From contig NC_043019.1 of assembly GCF_006345805.1 (NCBI RefSeq), positions 9,299,360-9,363,359 on the forward strand: DNA of 64,000 nucleotides, in the 5' to 3' direction. The translations under genes were made by a program, and so were the position numbers. This document shows positions 50,087 to 64,000 of this stretch, piece by piece. The stretch comes from Octopus sinensis. Taxonomy: Eukaryota. The first letter of the stretch is position 1. Each line of letters begins with the position of its first letter. The notes beneath the pieces were generated by a model, which had not been told where the DNA came from, ran no database searches, and worked only from the letters and a program-made list of their open reading frames with translations.

Positions 50087-50429
50087 TCTGACTTTTTCTA
50101 GAACATACCACATACTCTACTTTGGCCAATACTATCCGATGTGGTTGTGGGTCTCTTGTTATAGATGTTGTAGTTGCTGTTTCACCAAGGATTATAGCTC
50201 TTCTTATTAAAGCAGACATATGATCAATAGCCTTCCATCCGTGACAATCCCGTTTATTTTGTAAATTTTCCATGAACATAACATTTTTTTAATGTTCCCT
50301 TCCTTTTAAAATCCTATTTTAGAACTCGATGGCGGTGGACTTAATTGTTATGTCTAGTAGAGCGTACAACCACATATAGGCTCCCTCATTGCTTCATGTC
50401 GCTTTATTGAACGTCAGACTATTTGAAAC

Positions 50430-50800
50430 TTTAGGATGTAATCTGAGGGTGAAATGGGAGTTCTTTCTTGCTCATTGATCAGCCACATGCAGTCTGATTC
50501 TCCGGTTCCTATTTCCCAGAGATCGTGTTCGTCGTATAATCTGTATCATGGCATCCGTTGATGACTGGTGTCCTATTTGTGTCGACAGCTTCCTCATCTA
50601 AACATATTCTGAAGGACATGCGCTCTTCAAACTATGTGATTCAATTTAATGGGAATATCGATCGAGAGACATACGTCATGAACGGTGTCAATTGTAAGAT
50701 GTGTCATTGTTCGTAAGAAGGAAGATCTCATCTCGAATCAATAGAGGCTGCCAGATATGCTGCAAAGACTAGTTTCGCTCCCTGCATTCACGCAACTCTT
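50430..50800 (+). mobile_element. Possible Tx1/L1-clade post-RT fragment
   Basis: ILRFLFPRDRVRRIIC..HPL resembles LFRFLW..VRR..C..HP..GG; weak. Confidence 0.3.
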
Positions 50801-50871
50801 ATGTGCAGCTCTGTTAGCAGTGACAGTTATTTTTACCCAACACTACGGTGAAATAACTGTGTGTGTGCGTG

Positions 50872-51032
50872 TATGTATGTATGTATGTATGTATGTATGT
50901 ATGTATGTATGTATGTATGTATGTATGTATGTATGTATGTATGTATGTATGTATGTATGTATGTATGTATGTATGTATGTATGTATGTATGTATGTATGT
51001 ATGTATGTATGTATGTATGTATGTATGTATGT
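50872..51032. repeat. (TATG)~40 microsatellite
   Basis: Directly visible. Confidence 0.97.
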
Positions 51033-51348
51033 GCGGATGATCGTATGAGAGCGTGGATCTGTGTGTGTGTGTAGACTTCCTATTTTAAGATCAATAATTT
51101 TACCTAGAGTATATGTTTAGATGGATCGATGGATGGATATATTGAGTGAGGAACCCAGGGTTACAAGGTATGGCAGTGCAACGACCAAGTAGAGACAGAG
51201 GTATAACGGTGACACGAACCCTGAAACTCTCGCTACCGGACACCATGCTACCGAATACTTCACGCAGCTGAGTATATCACAGGGATAATCTCAGTCTTAT
51301 TTCTTAATCATTATTAAATCTCTGTACTAATGTCTTTTTGCTTATGTC

Positions 51349-51379
<31 letters not shown>

Positions 51380-52157
51380 ATATATATATATATATAAATA
51401 CACACACACACATAAATATGTACGCTGTCATACACAACACAGATGCACATACACCCACACACACACATACACACACCTATACATACAAGCCATTGATGTT
51501 CCCGCTTCAAATCTTCTGAGGGACTTTCATCGATACATGAAACACCTGATGCCTGCTGAGAAGACCACCGACCGATGTGTTACGCAGATATGAATGGGAA
51601 TAAACAGAGACACGCTTCATCTCGAAAGATGAAGCTTAATAAGTCTGAAATATTGTTTATGGTTTGTCCTTATGTTTCTGTTCACACAACTCGTTATATA
51701 TTTCAAATATACATCAGAAGTAGCAGCAGCAGCAGTAGTAGAACAAGCAGAAGTCTTTATTATCGTTCTTCAGCTAGAGTTACACTTACTGTCTCCATCT
51801 TCTCACCTTCATCGATTCAGGTCTTCTTCTTCCCCCAATCCTCTTCTTCCCTCCTCCTCCTTCCTCTTTTTCTTTTTCTTCTTTCTTTTCTTCTGCTTCT
51901 TCCTTTTCTTTTGCTTATTCTTTTCTTCTTCTTCCTCCTCCTTTCTTCTCACCTTTCTCTTTAATCTCCTTCGCAACCAACTTCCAATCCGACCACATCT
52001 ACAGACGTTAGAAGATGTGATGTTGCCATACATCACCTATTCCATCATAATATAAATACATACGATGAGGCATACGCTTGTCTATATATATATACAAACA
52101 TATATACATACATATATATATACATACCTGTACACACACACACACACACACAACACA

Positions 52158-52199
<42 letters not shown>

Positions 52200-52869
52200 A
52201 TGTATAGGGAGAGATCTGTATTTAATAACTTATGTGTGTGCGCGTGTCTGTGTGTACACACATTCGAACACGCACACCTGCACGCATGCATACATACACT
52301 AGTCGTACTAATACTGACTAATCTAGTCTATTACCAAGACGGTGTGATGTTACATAGTAACCATAGCAACAGAGATTGACTTATCGATCTATTGCAACTT
52401 CCCTCCCTCCCTCCCTCAATCGATCGATCGATCGATCTGTGTCAGTGGAGCAAAGGTAATGTGTGAGTATATTATATGTGCATGTGTGTGTGTGCATGTC
52501 TGTATGTGTATATGTGTTTATACGCATGCATATACATGTAAAATGCATATCTATTACAAACACACAGATATACACGCACTCGCCCCCCATCCGACCCCCA
52601 CCCCCCACCACAAACCGTATCGTGAACATTAAGAGGATGAGGCTTTTGGGAGATCGGGAATAGAGAAAGGAATGAGAAGATGTGAGATGAGAGAATGATT
52701 GAAAGAAGATGTGAAGTGATAAATATTAGAAAAGTCAGAGCAGAGCTAAATGGGAAGAGGAGAGAGGGGAGGCGGAGAAGCAGGGGTTCGCAGGTCTTAG
52801 AATTTGGAGAAAAAGCAAGTGAAGGACGTCCTGGCGCTGGAGAAGAAGTCAGACTTTTGGATGTGGTGT

Positions 52870-53340
52870 ATGTGTGTTAGAACATCACCGTCCCAGGATT
52901 GATCTTGGCAGCATTTCAACTGAACGCAAATGGTCGGAAGAAATGTGGCTACGTCCATGCAGAATCCTTCAATCGTTATATCGTAATGGCCCGAGGGCCG
53001 AAGAGCGTGGGAGAAATCTTTGACCGGCTTAGCTTTTTTATATTAAACAGTTCCAAGAAGTGGCCGTTTAGTTTGTCCACCAAAGAGACATTTTTGTTCA
53101 GCGTTGCGATCCAGCTTCTAAAATTCTCTGCTTTTAGGATTGCTATTAAGGGACAATTGTCGAACCTGACGATTGCTTTGAATTGATCCAAAAAGACAGC
53201 TCTGTTCCCGACCTGCTCAACGATATATCGCAAGCTGTAGAAGTAGTCGTGGACAGAGTTGTGGACAAGTCCTTCCTTCTCTGTTGAATAGAGAAACGCG
53301 TTTGATGTTGAATATCCTGAGTCTCTTATTCGGATCCTAC
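52870..53340 (-). mobile_element. Tx1/L1-clade LINE RT fragment
   Basis: SLRYIVEQV..VFLDQFKAIVRFD..FRSWIATL..LNGH..FNI..SPTLF matches LMRYII..LDQSKAFDRV..WIA.LY..VNGHLS..PLSPLLY. Confidence 0.75.
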
Positions 53341-53879
53341 CTCAACTAAGTTGCCATTTACCAGCTTAACTGACTGCTAATACACACAACCTACTGGCGC
53401 CCGCAGTGGGGAAATATTACTCTGGGGGGAAGGCCATGCAATTCTAGCATTTTTTTACAACGTGCAAAGCTGTACTAAATCTGAAGACAGCTTTATGTGG
53501 AATTCTGCTTCCCTGCTCGAGAGTCGCGGCAGACCGTGGAGGTGGGCATCAAAGATCACGTAGTTGCAGAAGGAGCTACGCATGCGCATAGTCAGACAGA
53601 CAGATAGAACAGTTAATTATCAGTACATTATTCTCTTCAAACCAATTAAAAGGGTTTTGATTCTTTCAGACCCCTTCCTTTCCCCCGTTCTATAGCAGAA
53701 AATAATTCTAACCCAAAATAATGGAAAGACAGGCAATCGTTGTTTCCGTATGTGTGGAAGAGATTTAGGAATTGCTAACTTTCTGAATATTGCCAGAACT
53801 TGTGTACAGGAACCTGGAATAGAACTGGAAGAATCTAGCAAGAATCTTTCAACTCTATCAAAGATAATAAGCATTCATA

Positions 53880-54043
53880 GGCGCAAGAGTGGCCGCGTAG
53901 TAAGAAGATTGCTTCCCAATCACATGGTTCTGGGTTCAGTCCCTCTGCATAGCACCTTGGGCAAGTGTCTTCTTTTTTGGCCTCGGGCCCACCATAGCCT
54001 TGTGAGTGGATTCGGTAGACGGAAACTGAAAGAAGCCTATCGT
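53880..54043 (+). mobile_element. SINE family A, solo 5' half ending in (TA)(TG)n
   Basis: ggcgcaagagtggccgcgtagtaag..ggaaactgaaagaagcctatcg then microsatellite, no 3' half. Confidence 0.9.
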
Positions 54044-54046
54044 ATG

Positions 54047-54113
<67 letters not shown>

Positions 54114-54739
54114 ATATAATTAGTTAGTTTGAAAATGGAGAGGTTCAATGGATATAAATTGATTTATCAATTATTTAACATTACCTACAATTGTTTCACT
54201 TCGAACCCAATTTAAATTGCAAAACATAGACAAGAATGAAAGTTTGCATTCTGAGTCTCCTGGATGCAAGATCTTCAGGCTAAAATGGACTCTATAGAGT
54301 TTACATTTGATCAATTATAATACTCCATATATATATATATTATATATATATATATATATATAATAATACCATCTCTTCTCATATTGAAGAGATGGTATTA
54401 TTAAAATACTGTCACGTGTGGCAAGCGAGTTATCAGCCGTACAGGCTAATAACACGCTGATGACTACCTGTATATTCGTTGCTATTACGTTAAACTGTCG
54501 TATGTCCAAATTTGGCCAAATGCATTTTTTTCAATATTAATTTTTGCGTATGATAGCCGGTTCTTTTGATCAAACTATCTTATCTGCAGCTCCTTCAGAT
54601 GCCAAGGTGTAGTAGAATGGTTTTGCTATGGAATGGTGAAACTATTTTTTCGTTTTCTGAAAAAGCAACGTTTTGGACTTACACACACACACAAAAGTGT
54701 CGTGTGTGTGTGTGTGTGTGTATATTTGTCTCTAAACAG

Positions 54740-54785
<46 letters not shown>

Positions 54786-54904
54786 TTGTAGATTGTATAT
54801 GTATCTGTAATCTACCGTTTTCCCATTAAATGATTTTCTAAATTCAGGTCTTGTCACTCCTTCTCTATTTCGTTCTCTCTCACCTTCTTTCTCATATACA
54901 CTCA

Positions 54905-54944
<40 letters not shown>

Positions 54945-55445
54945 GTCTTTGCTTCTTCCTTTCACCTTCCTCTCTTCATCACACTCTGGCACCTCGTTAA
55001 TTTTTTCATTTCTAGATTCTTCTTCTTCACAAAATGGAGTCAACTTTCTCTACTTGACACAATGTTCGTTTGGTTCAAAGAGTTCTACGTAGACATTAGT
55101 CACTCTCAACCATTATAACCTATAAACACACTTATCAACATCTTCACAACTTTTCTTGTTTTGTTTCTCAATTTTTCCACCATTTTCCTTATTCGTCGAT
55201 TCTTTTGTTGCTTTGGATCGTTTTATTAGTTTATTATTTGTGTTTACGTGTTTTTTCGAATGTTTGTTTCATGTTTTTTGGCGTGTGTTCTATTATTTAT
55301 ATTAGCTCTGAACTGAATTAATGTACTCGTAACTACTTCTTTCTTTCCTTCCTATCTTTGCCAACATACATGCATATATATATATATACATATACATACA
55401 TATATATATTATATATATACATATATATATATATACATACATATA

Positions 55446-55510
<65 letters not shown>

Positions 55511-55513
<3 letters not shown>

Positions 55514-55662
55514 ACTTACTTAGATATATGTACACGTATGCATGTATATATATATATATATATGTATGTATACTTACTTAGATATATGTACACGTATGCA
55601 TGTATATATATATATATATATATGTATGTATACTTACTTAGATATATGTACACGTATGCATG

Positions 55663-55726
<64 letters not shown>

Positions 55727-55760
55727 ATATACTTACATAGATATATGTACCGTATGTATG
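55511..55760. repeat. Higher-order array of a ~58-60-bp unit with internal (TA)n
   Basis: tatacttacttagatatatgtacacgtatgcatg at 55511, 55569 and 55629; degenerate fourth unit at 55728. Confidence 0.9.
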
Positions 55761-57370
55761 TATATATATATATATCATATATACATACATACATGTATGT
55801 GTGTGTATGAATAAAACAAACAGAAAGAAGATATATATTACTAGAATCACACATATATTTATATATATAGACCTAAGACTATACACACACACATCACACA
55901 CACACAACCACAGTCATACACACACACACAGGTACGCACAAATATATATTATATACATGTGTACGTGCGTGTACGTACATACATATATATATATATATAT
56001 ATACACACACATACATATACACATACACATAGATTCATTTTTAAGAAAAGTTTTCTCACTTTTCTCGCCATTTTGGAAAACGTTTTTTTTTCTTGTATTT
56101 GTTTCTTTTTTTTTCTTTTTTCCGTTTCCCAAGACATCTCTCATTTCCTTTTAATTTATGCAAGAATGTGATTAGTGATAGGAATCGATTAATTAATTTT
56201 TCATTTAACTTTTATTTTTTCAATTTTGGCCTTTTGTTATGTTTCTGTCTTGCATCAGAGAGGAGAGGTAGGAGAGTCGAAGTGGGGGGAGGCAATGAGG
56301 AGGATGAGGAGCAGGATAAGGTAAGGAGTTTAAACTCAATTTAATCTGAAAGTGAAGTTTTTTTTTAACGAATGCGTTCCAGGGAATTGACAGTGTGTGT
56401 GTGTGTGTGTGTGTGGTGTGTGTACCACACAGATGTAAGGTACACACGCATGTTCATATTTATATGTACACACGCTCACACGCACATGTATATACACGAG
56501 TACGTGCGCGTGTATGTGTGTGTGTGTGTATATATATATATATAGTATACATATATACACACACCACTAAAGTTGTAGTACTACTACTACAAATAATAAT
56601 TGTAATCAAAATAGTAATAATGATAATAATAATAATATTGAGCTCCAGCGAAGCAAATAAATATTTTATGAAGGAGATGAACAAGAAAAAAACTGGGCAG
56701 TAAACCGTAGGAAAAAACAGATAAAAAAAGTACAAAACGCTCAGAATCCATAAATGATGTATCCAGACTGTCTGTTAGATTTCCTTTTGCTCTCTCTCTC
56801 ACTCCCCCTCTCTCTTTATCTATCTATCTATCTCTATCTCTCTCTCCCTTTCAATTCCTCTCTCTGCCTCTTACTCTTTCTCTCTCTCCCTCTCTCGGTA
56901 CTAATTCTTTTCAAATATTTTGTGATATGTTTTTTTGTTTTCATTTCTTTCTTATATGTTTTGTGGTTTACTTTGATGTTGCTGTTGATTTTGTTGTTGT
57001 TGTTGTATTTGTTGGTGGCGATAGCGGTGGTGGCGCGGCGGTGGAGCCGGCGATAGTAATTTCTTTCCTTTTTTTGTTGTTTTTTGTCTGCTGTTTCATT
57101 CGGTCCGTCTTTCCTTGCAATGCATCATTTCACAGTCCCGCAGTTCGCTCTCGTCTCCGACTCTCTCATGCATACATTACGTGACTTACTCACCGGTGAA
57201 ATATCTGCTTCTCTCTCTATATATCTGCATGTACATGCGTGTGTACATGCGTGTGTTTGCGTGTGTACATACATGTGTGTTATACGCTTCTTTGAAAATA
57301 TAGAAGTATATATGTATGCCTATATGTGCAGTTACACTTAACACAAATGGAGACATCACACGTGTGTGTA

Positions 57371-57410
<40 letters not shown>

Positions 57411-57412
<2 letters not shown>

Positions 57413-58030
57413 GCGGTTGGACAAAATAATGGAAACACCTTAAAATTTCAAACAAATTTATTTTAATATGGGGTAGGACCGCCTTTGGCAGCACTTACAG
57501 CTTGAATTCTACGAAGTGTGGACTTGTACAAGGTTTGAATTTTTACCAAAGGAATTTTTGTCCATTCTTCAGATAAAACAGTCTCCAGTTCCTATCGTGA
57601 TGCTGGTGGAGGATATCGACACCTTACCTGTTTCCCTAAAATGCACCATGAGATCTGGGGACTGTGGTGGCCAGATAAGATGTTCAACTTCACTAGAATG
57701 TTCCCCGTGCCATTCAGTAATAACTTTAGCTGTGTGAATTGATGCATTATCATCCTGAAAGATTGCATTTCCCTCCAGAAACAATTCCACAACCATAGGA
57801 TGAATTTGATCAGATAAAATGCTTAAATAGTTGCCACGAAGGGAAACCATTGGGCCGGTGGATTTCCAAGACCTAGCCCCACCCCACTCAGATCAACACA
57901 GATCCTCTATGTTTAACAGTTGGAAGAAAGCAGTCTGGGTCAAATGCTTCTTTTGGCTGTCTCCACACATATACTCGGCTGGTGGTCGGAAATATGGTAA
58001 AGGGTGACTCGCCCGAATAAAACGTTTTGC
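57411..58030 (-). mobile_element. Tc1-family element, 3' portion with one terminal repeat
   Basis: End cagcggttggacaaaataatggaaacacc; IFQDDNASIHTA..LIWPPQSPDL; RVYVWRQPKEAFDPD. Confidence 0.9.
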
Positions 58031-58897
58031 TCAATCAGTCATGATTGAGCAAAACTTTTCTTTTTTTTTTTCAATATTCGAGGAATTAAAGCGCTAATTA
58101 TAAATAATTGGAGCGAAGCATAAATCTTGGTATGTTTTAAGATGGATACGTGAAATTGTATTAATGTTTAGTTCTGGGACGATTCAAGTGTTAACACGAA
58201 GCTACAAATATTTATTATATAAATGACACAAATACTTTCTGCGACTAATAGATGCAAAATTCGGGTTTGTTTCGGGCTTCTTTAACCTCTTCAGCGAAAC
58301 ATGTGACGCCAGAGTGAAAAGTGTAACGTAAGAATCAATCACTTCGAGAATGGAGAACGTTTCTGGAGAATGGTTGGTGGAGAGAAACAATTGTCAGGAG
58401 TCAGGATCTGCAGCAATAATAAGTTTGCCGTTGCTAGTAGAAGTAGTGGCAGTAGAAGAAGAAGAAGAAGAATAGTGGTGGTGGTTGTGATGGTATTGTT
58501 GCTTTTCGTGTTGGAGGTGGTTGTCTGTTACTCTTGTTGATGTAGAAAGATATGTGAAGAGATGGATAGATGGACAGACAGACAGACAGATACATACATA
58601 GAAATAAATTCATGCATGGGTGACATGTATCTATGTATGCACGTACGTATGCATATATATTATATTCATATATATATAAGCGTATATATATGCATATATA
58701 TATACATATGCATATATATATATGCATATATATATACATATGCATATATATATATGCATATATATATGCATATATATACATATATATATATATATATACA
58801 TATGCATATATATATGCATATATATGCGCATATATATGTGCATATATATATATGCACATATATATGCGTATATATATATATATATAATATATATATA

Positions 58898-58935
<38 letters not shown>

Positions 58936-59413
58936 CGATTGGTTGACTAAGTAGCAGAGAGAGAGAGAGAGAATCACACAGATACATAAGCGCATTGGTT
59001 CGGAGGTAGAGAGAAGATATTTCATACATAATAAATACACAGGCACATACGGAAATGGGAAAGAAGGAAAGGATGTCGAGTTTCTGAAAGTTTCAATGTT
59101 ACTTTATCCTTGACGATGTAGTTTTCACATAGAAAAGTCGAGACAGTTGAGTCTTAATGGTGTGCCAGTAGATATACCACTGCTTTGTATGAAAGACTAT
59201 GATTGGGTACTTGTAAAACGAACCTCATTAGTGTGTGCATTCATGATAACTTTTTTCTATCAGGATATGTCCCCCAGCATCAGTGTAAGGACGTGATGCT
59301 TTCTGTGTGTACACATACATTTGTGTTTTTATAAATACACGTAGATGAATGTGTATATACAAATACACACACATGCATATACACACACATATATGTATAT
59401 ATTATAACCTTAA

Positions 59414-59449
<36 letters not shown>

Positions 59450-59668
59450 TGTGTGTGTACATATGTATATAAATGTGTATATAGAAGATATGTGTGTACA
59501 TACATACATATAACATATATCTCGGAGTATTTATAACTGCGTGTATAATTGCGTACTTTTGCATATATTTTTTCAGAAAATATTTATATATGCGAATGTA
59601 TAGCAATATATTTCCATATGGGAGTGTGCACGTGTATGCGCACACGTACTGCTGTATGCATGTGTGTT

Positions 59669-59701
<33 letters not shown>

Positions 59702-59844
59702 AAGAGAGAGAGTCAACGAGTTCTATGAAACCAAGCGTATGTGATGAAATCACTATCCATCTGTACAAGAAACATACCAAGTCAAAAGCAGTTGTAAGCA
59801 CACGCGTCCGCATACATACTAACGCATCCACATTCACATATATT

Positions 59845-59884
<40 letters not shown>

Positions 59885-60110
59885 AGGGTGAGGATGAGTG
59901 TGTGTACATCTGTGTGTACATATACATATTTATTAATATATAGATATATATATATGCGTGTGCCTGTATGCATATCACATTTATATTCTCACAAGTGTGC
60001 GGGTTCGCATATACATCGTAATCTCTAGGCAACGAAAAGGTATTATGTGTACCTATGTGTCTGTGTGTGTGTGTGTGTGTATTTATGCATAATTACATAT
60101 GAATATATGC

Positions 60111-60145
<35 letters not shown>

Positions 60146-60241
60146 ATGCATATACAAATTTACGTGTACAAATTAGATATCTACGTACACATGTAATATA
60201 TTCATATATGCATGCATGTTTATATATGTGTATGTTTTACA

Positions 60242-60291
<50 letters not shown>

Positions 60292-60428
60292 TACTTAAGT
60301 ATTAGCATTTACATATTCAGGCTGATATATATTCTAATGTTTCCACACAATTGAATACACGCTGTTTTCTAGCAATTTATGACCAGTCAATAATATTGAA
60401 TCAAATATAGGTGTAAATGTGTTCGACT

Positions 60429-60466
<38 letters not shown>

Positions 60467-60699
60467 CTTTGGGTGTCTTCTTGTACATGTTTCCACGTGT
60501 GCGGCCCTTGAATAGTCTGGCAACTTCCTGAAGGAAACTATTTACTGACAAATATGTTACCTAAATATATGTGTGCGTGTGTGCATATATGTATGTATAC
60601 ATATATATATGTAAGTATACATATCTATATGTATGTATACATATATATATGCATGTATTTATGTGCATGTGTGTATATATCTATATACATACATATATA

Positions 60700-60739
<40 letters not shown>

Positions 60740-60814
60740 CTGTATGTATACACACATATATTTGTGTGTAAGCATATATGTATGTTTGTGAAGACACGAA
60801 TTTGTGCCTGCATA

Positions 60815-60861
<47 letters not shown>

Positions 60862-61599
60862 ATGCGTGTCCGTGTGTCTGTGCATGAGTGTGTGTATATG
60901 TTATGTTTCCGTATGCATCTAGATAGACAGGTAGACATATAATTAATCGTCTCAGGTATGTCATTTCGTTACCAAAAGTAGCATTATGTAACATGAATGC
61001 GCTAAATAAAATAACATTTTTGTAAACCAATTCCTCCATTATCGATTAGATTACAACACCATTCGTTGAAGACTTTCCTCGCATCCACCCAAATACCGTG
61101 CAAACATCATCGAACCGATATATAACCCCAGAACATATTCCTCTTGTGTTTGCTCACTTGTTTCTGGTCGTCGTTCCATTTCTTTCTTTACTTTCATATA
61201 TTTGTAGAAATATTTTATTTTTTTTTTATTTTCATCTCCTGGAAATATCTGAGTTATTTCGGTGTCATCGGAAATAATATCCTGTCTTGACTTCGCTTTT
61301 AAATGTGTTTACATCGACTCCATTGTGTCGACGACGATGTCTGCTGCCGGTTTTCAAGATTCCCGTTCCTCCGGCCTTTTCTATTAACAATCATTAAAAA
61401 TCGTGGGTTTGTGCTGTTCTCTACATACAGGCATACATACATACACACACATACATACACAAATAGACATATATATATGCATGTATGTGTGTATGTGTAT
61501 ATGTATATAAATATGAACACGTATGTAAGTATGTGTATGCATATGCATCTATCTGTGTGTATGTGTATATATATATATACACAGATAGATAGATAGATA

Positions 61600-62000
61600 C
61601 ATACATACATACATATAGATATATATGTGTATATATATACATATCTATATATGTATATATTTATATATGTATATAGATATATATATGTATATAGATATAT
61701 ATGTGTATATATATGTATATAGATATATATATGTATATAGATATATATGTGTGTATATATATATACATATCTATATATGAATATGTATATATATGTATAT
61801 AGATATATATGTGTATATATATACATATCTATATATGAATATGTATATATATGTATATAGATATATATGTGTATATATATACATATCTATATATGAATAT
61901 GTATATATATGTATATAGATATATATGTGTATATATATACATATATATATATGTATATATATATGTATATATATATATGTATATAGATATATATATATAT
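61600..62000. repeat. Higher-order AT-rich array (~58-bp unit built of dinucleotide runs)
   Basis: atatatatgtgtatatatatacatatctatatatgaatatgtatatatatgtatatag repeated around 61741-61920. Confidence 0.8.
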
Positions 62001-62383
62001 GTGTGTGTGTGTATGTGTGTTTGCTGGTTGTGTACGGTTTACTCTTTTTTTTTTATCACAAAGATACACCTCACCACATCACGGCAAACACAGCAAGACA
62101 TGAACGCAGCTCACAACATTTAAAACCAAAAACTGAAACATTTGCTAAACTTCCGAATTCAAGAGACACGTGACAGGCTCAAACAATGGTTTCAATTCAC
62201 GGCTTTTATAAACCTTCCTGAGTGAAACACAATTTGCCTGTCGTCGTCGCTCTGGTTTAACCCTAAGTCAACCTTCATCAAAGATGGAATGCTATTGATC
62301 CTAAACTTCCCCCGATCTTCCCATATTTTTCCTTTGTGCCTGGAACTCAGGAGCACCTTATCCACAATGAACTTTTCTACAAC

Positions 62384-62836
62384 GGTACAATGTAGTATCG
62401 CGGTGCACTCAGCACATCGCGGAATTTTCTGGCTTCATCTATGTAAATCTATATTGCAGACTCCTCATCACTTAGCAGGTTTCTGCTGCGGGTCGGTATT
62501 TATGGTTTTTTTAGATTTTAATTATTCCTGTGGTAAAATAAGCATTTTCACGCCTAAAAATTAGTAAATTAATAATAATAAGTAATACAGTACAGTACTG
62601 CACCGTATAACACATTAATTAAAATATATTAAGAGAAAAAACGTAATGCATCGTAAATGAGTAAAGAAAGATTCGCACACATACCTCGGGAGGCGAGTGT
62701 GTGGTGTTGTCTTGCAGTTATGATAAAATAAATAAATACAAATTAGAAAAATGCTTAAAAATATATATTCGGTTCAGTAGTGTTTCTACTTTCCAGAGTT
62801 TTACCTGTCGCGGGAGGTAGTCGAGGGATTACTGTA
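62384..62836 (-). mobile_element. Pogo/Tigger-like non-autonomous element
   Basis: Terminus cgagggattactg|TA (minus strand CAGTAATCCCTCG) and degenerate opposite end tatcgcggtgcac..atcgcggaatttt. Confidence 0.5.
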
Positions 62837-62849
62837 TGTATATACATGC

Positions 62850-63035
62850 TGTGCATGTGCACTAAATTTTAATATTCTAGCTTAGTTCTGCTGTTTACAG
62901 CAGTGCTTTGCAGGAAGGTGTGTAGCGTGTGATCGTCGCATTGAACATGACAGAGGAAGTTGAGCAGAGAATCTGCATCAAATTTTGCCAAACTTTTGCG
63001 ATACCTGCTCAGAGGCCTACGCAAAGTTTTCAAAA
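62850..63035 (+). mobile_element. Mariner 5' fragment (same family as 38422)
   Basis: tttacagcagtgct..gtgtagcgtgtgatcg..MTEEVEQRICIKFCQ. Confidence 0.85.
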
Positions 63036-63535
63036 AGATTTCATCGTTCTCGACACAATCAAGATTTTGTGCAACTGAAACCCGAGTGTCTTTTTGGTCA
63101 GTTGAAAACAGTTTTGGCTCAAACTTGGCAGACACGCATCTCATAGCCAAATTTTCAGTGATGATGGACTGAACTGAATCGTAAGTAATCTGCACATCCT
63201 TTGGTAACTCACGGATGGGGATTCGACGATTTCCCCTCGCAGCTGCACACACGTCAGCGATGTGTTTTTCTCCGTTCTGCTGGTTGCGTGTCTCCCACAA
63301 CGTTCGTTAAATATCGACATTTTTGGGGGCCATCTTAGTAACGCCTGCACCACTCGTACTCTCGTGTGTGGCTCAGACACTCTTCGCATTACACTTTCTG
63401 CAGTTTTGCTTTGACCTCTAAGCAGGTATCGCCATGACAACTTTCTCGGTCACGGTCAATGCGACCTTCACACGCTACACACGTTCTTTCCAAGCACTGC
63501 TGTAAAAAGCGGAAGTGAGCTACAACGTTAGCTAT
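63036..63535 (-). mobile_element. Mariner 5' half in opposite orientation
   Basis: ORF 62869-63300 RRIPIRELPKDVQITYDSVQSIITENLAMRCVSAKFEPKLFSTDQK. Confidence 0.9.
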
Positions 63536-63746
63536 GCGTGTGTGTGTGTGCTTGTGTGTGCGCGCGCGTGTGTGTGTGTTTATATACAGGTGTCTGTAAC
63601 TTTCTCGCACATTTTTCTTTCAGTATGTATGAGAATTTCATCTGGCGCTAAATGTCACAAACTCACTTTCATTTACATTCACACACATACACAACCACCT
63701 TTACACCCTCATACACACTCTGCCTCTCTCTTTCTCTCTCTCTTTT

Positions 63747-63794
<48 letters not shown>

Positions 63795-64000
63795 AATCTC
63801 TCTACCTATAGACACATGTGTGTGTGTGTGTGTGTGTGTGAGTTTGTAGCATAATATTAGTTGTCGGTGTGTTGTGAACGTCTTTAATCGCTGTTTTTCT
63901 TTCCTTGTGTGCACCACCGAAGTGCTCAATACTTACTTCCGTGAAAGACAAAGAAAAGAGAAAGCGATAAAGCATTTCTCAGCAACTTAACTCGACCTGC

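Noticed and set aside
51614-51635. Perfect 9-bp hairpin gcttcatct-cgaa-agatgaagc (also the 10-bp arms at 50823-50860)
   Set aside because: Short stems are expected occasionally in 64 kb; no supporting context
53620-53874. Host CDS (84-aa minus-strand ORF)
   Set aside because: It resembles decayed LINE RT N-terminal sequence (IP.S..IF.K) and is too degenerate to assign
58262-58300. Hammerhead-like CUGAAGA GG..CC GAAAC on the minus strand
   Set aside because: No NUH triplet or stem I partner follows; likely chance
6353-63849. The many ORFs rich in YI/HT/CV/RE/SL dipeptides
   Set aside because: They are translations of (TA), (CA), (TG), (GA) and (TATG) microsatellites, with no domain or splice support

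Overview
AT-rich, microsatellite-saturated eukaryotic non-coding DNA. The SINE families and repeat load point to an octopus/coleoid cephalopod genome (inference from memory, no database search). I found no supportable host protein-coding gene, rRNA, tRNA or CRISPR array. Nearly all ORFs in the supplied track are translations of (CA)/(TA)/(GA)/(TATG) repeats. The informative content is a dense set of decayed mobile elements: about 15 copies of one tRNA-head SINE (family A), about 9 of a second (B), 2 of a third (C), three Penelope-like (PLE) relics, four R4/Dong-type LINE pieces, RTE and Tx1/L1 LINE pieces, Tc1, mariner and pogo-like DNA transposons, two short MITE-like inverted-repeat elements and a Helitron helicase relic. 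The most notable signal is a minus-strand type I hammerhead ribozyme with a fully intact catalytic core at 20893-20992. It has a long extended stem II and a self-complementary stem III, and sits in an ORF-less segment. Two decayed hammerheads lie at the 3' ends of PLE relics. Other oddities are a perfect 19x21-bp minisatellite grown from the PLE RT motif-A region, a convergent mariner foldback, nested insertions and higher-order compound microsatellite arrays. Element boundaries are read by eye and are approximate unless a motif is quoted.
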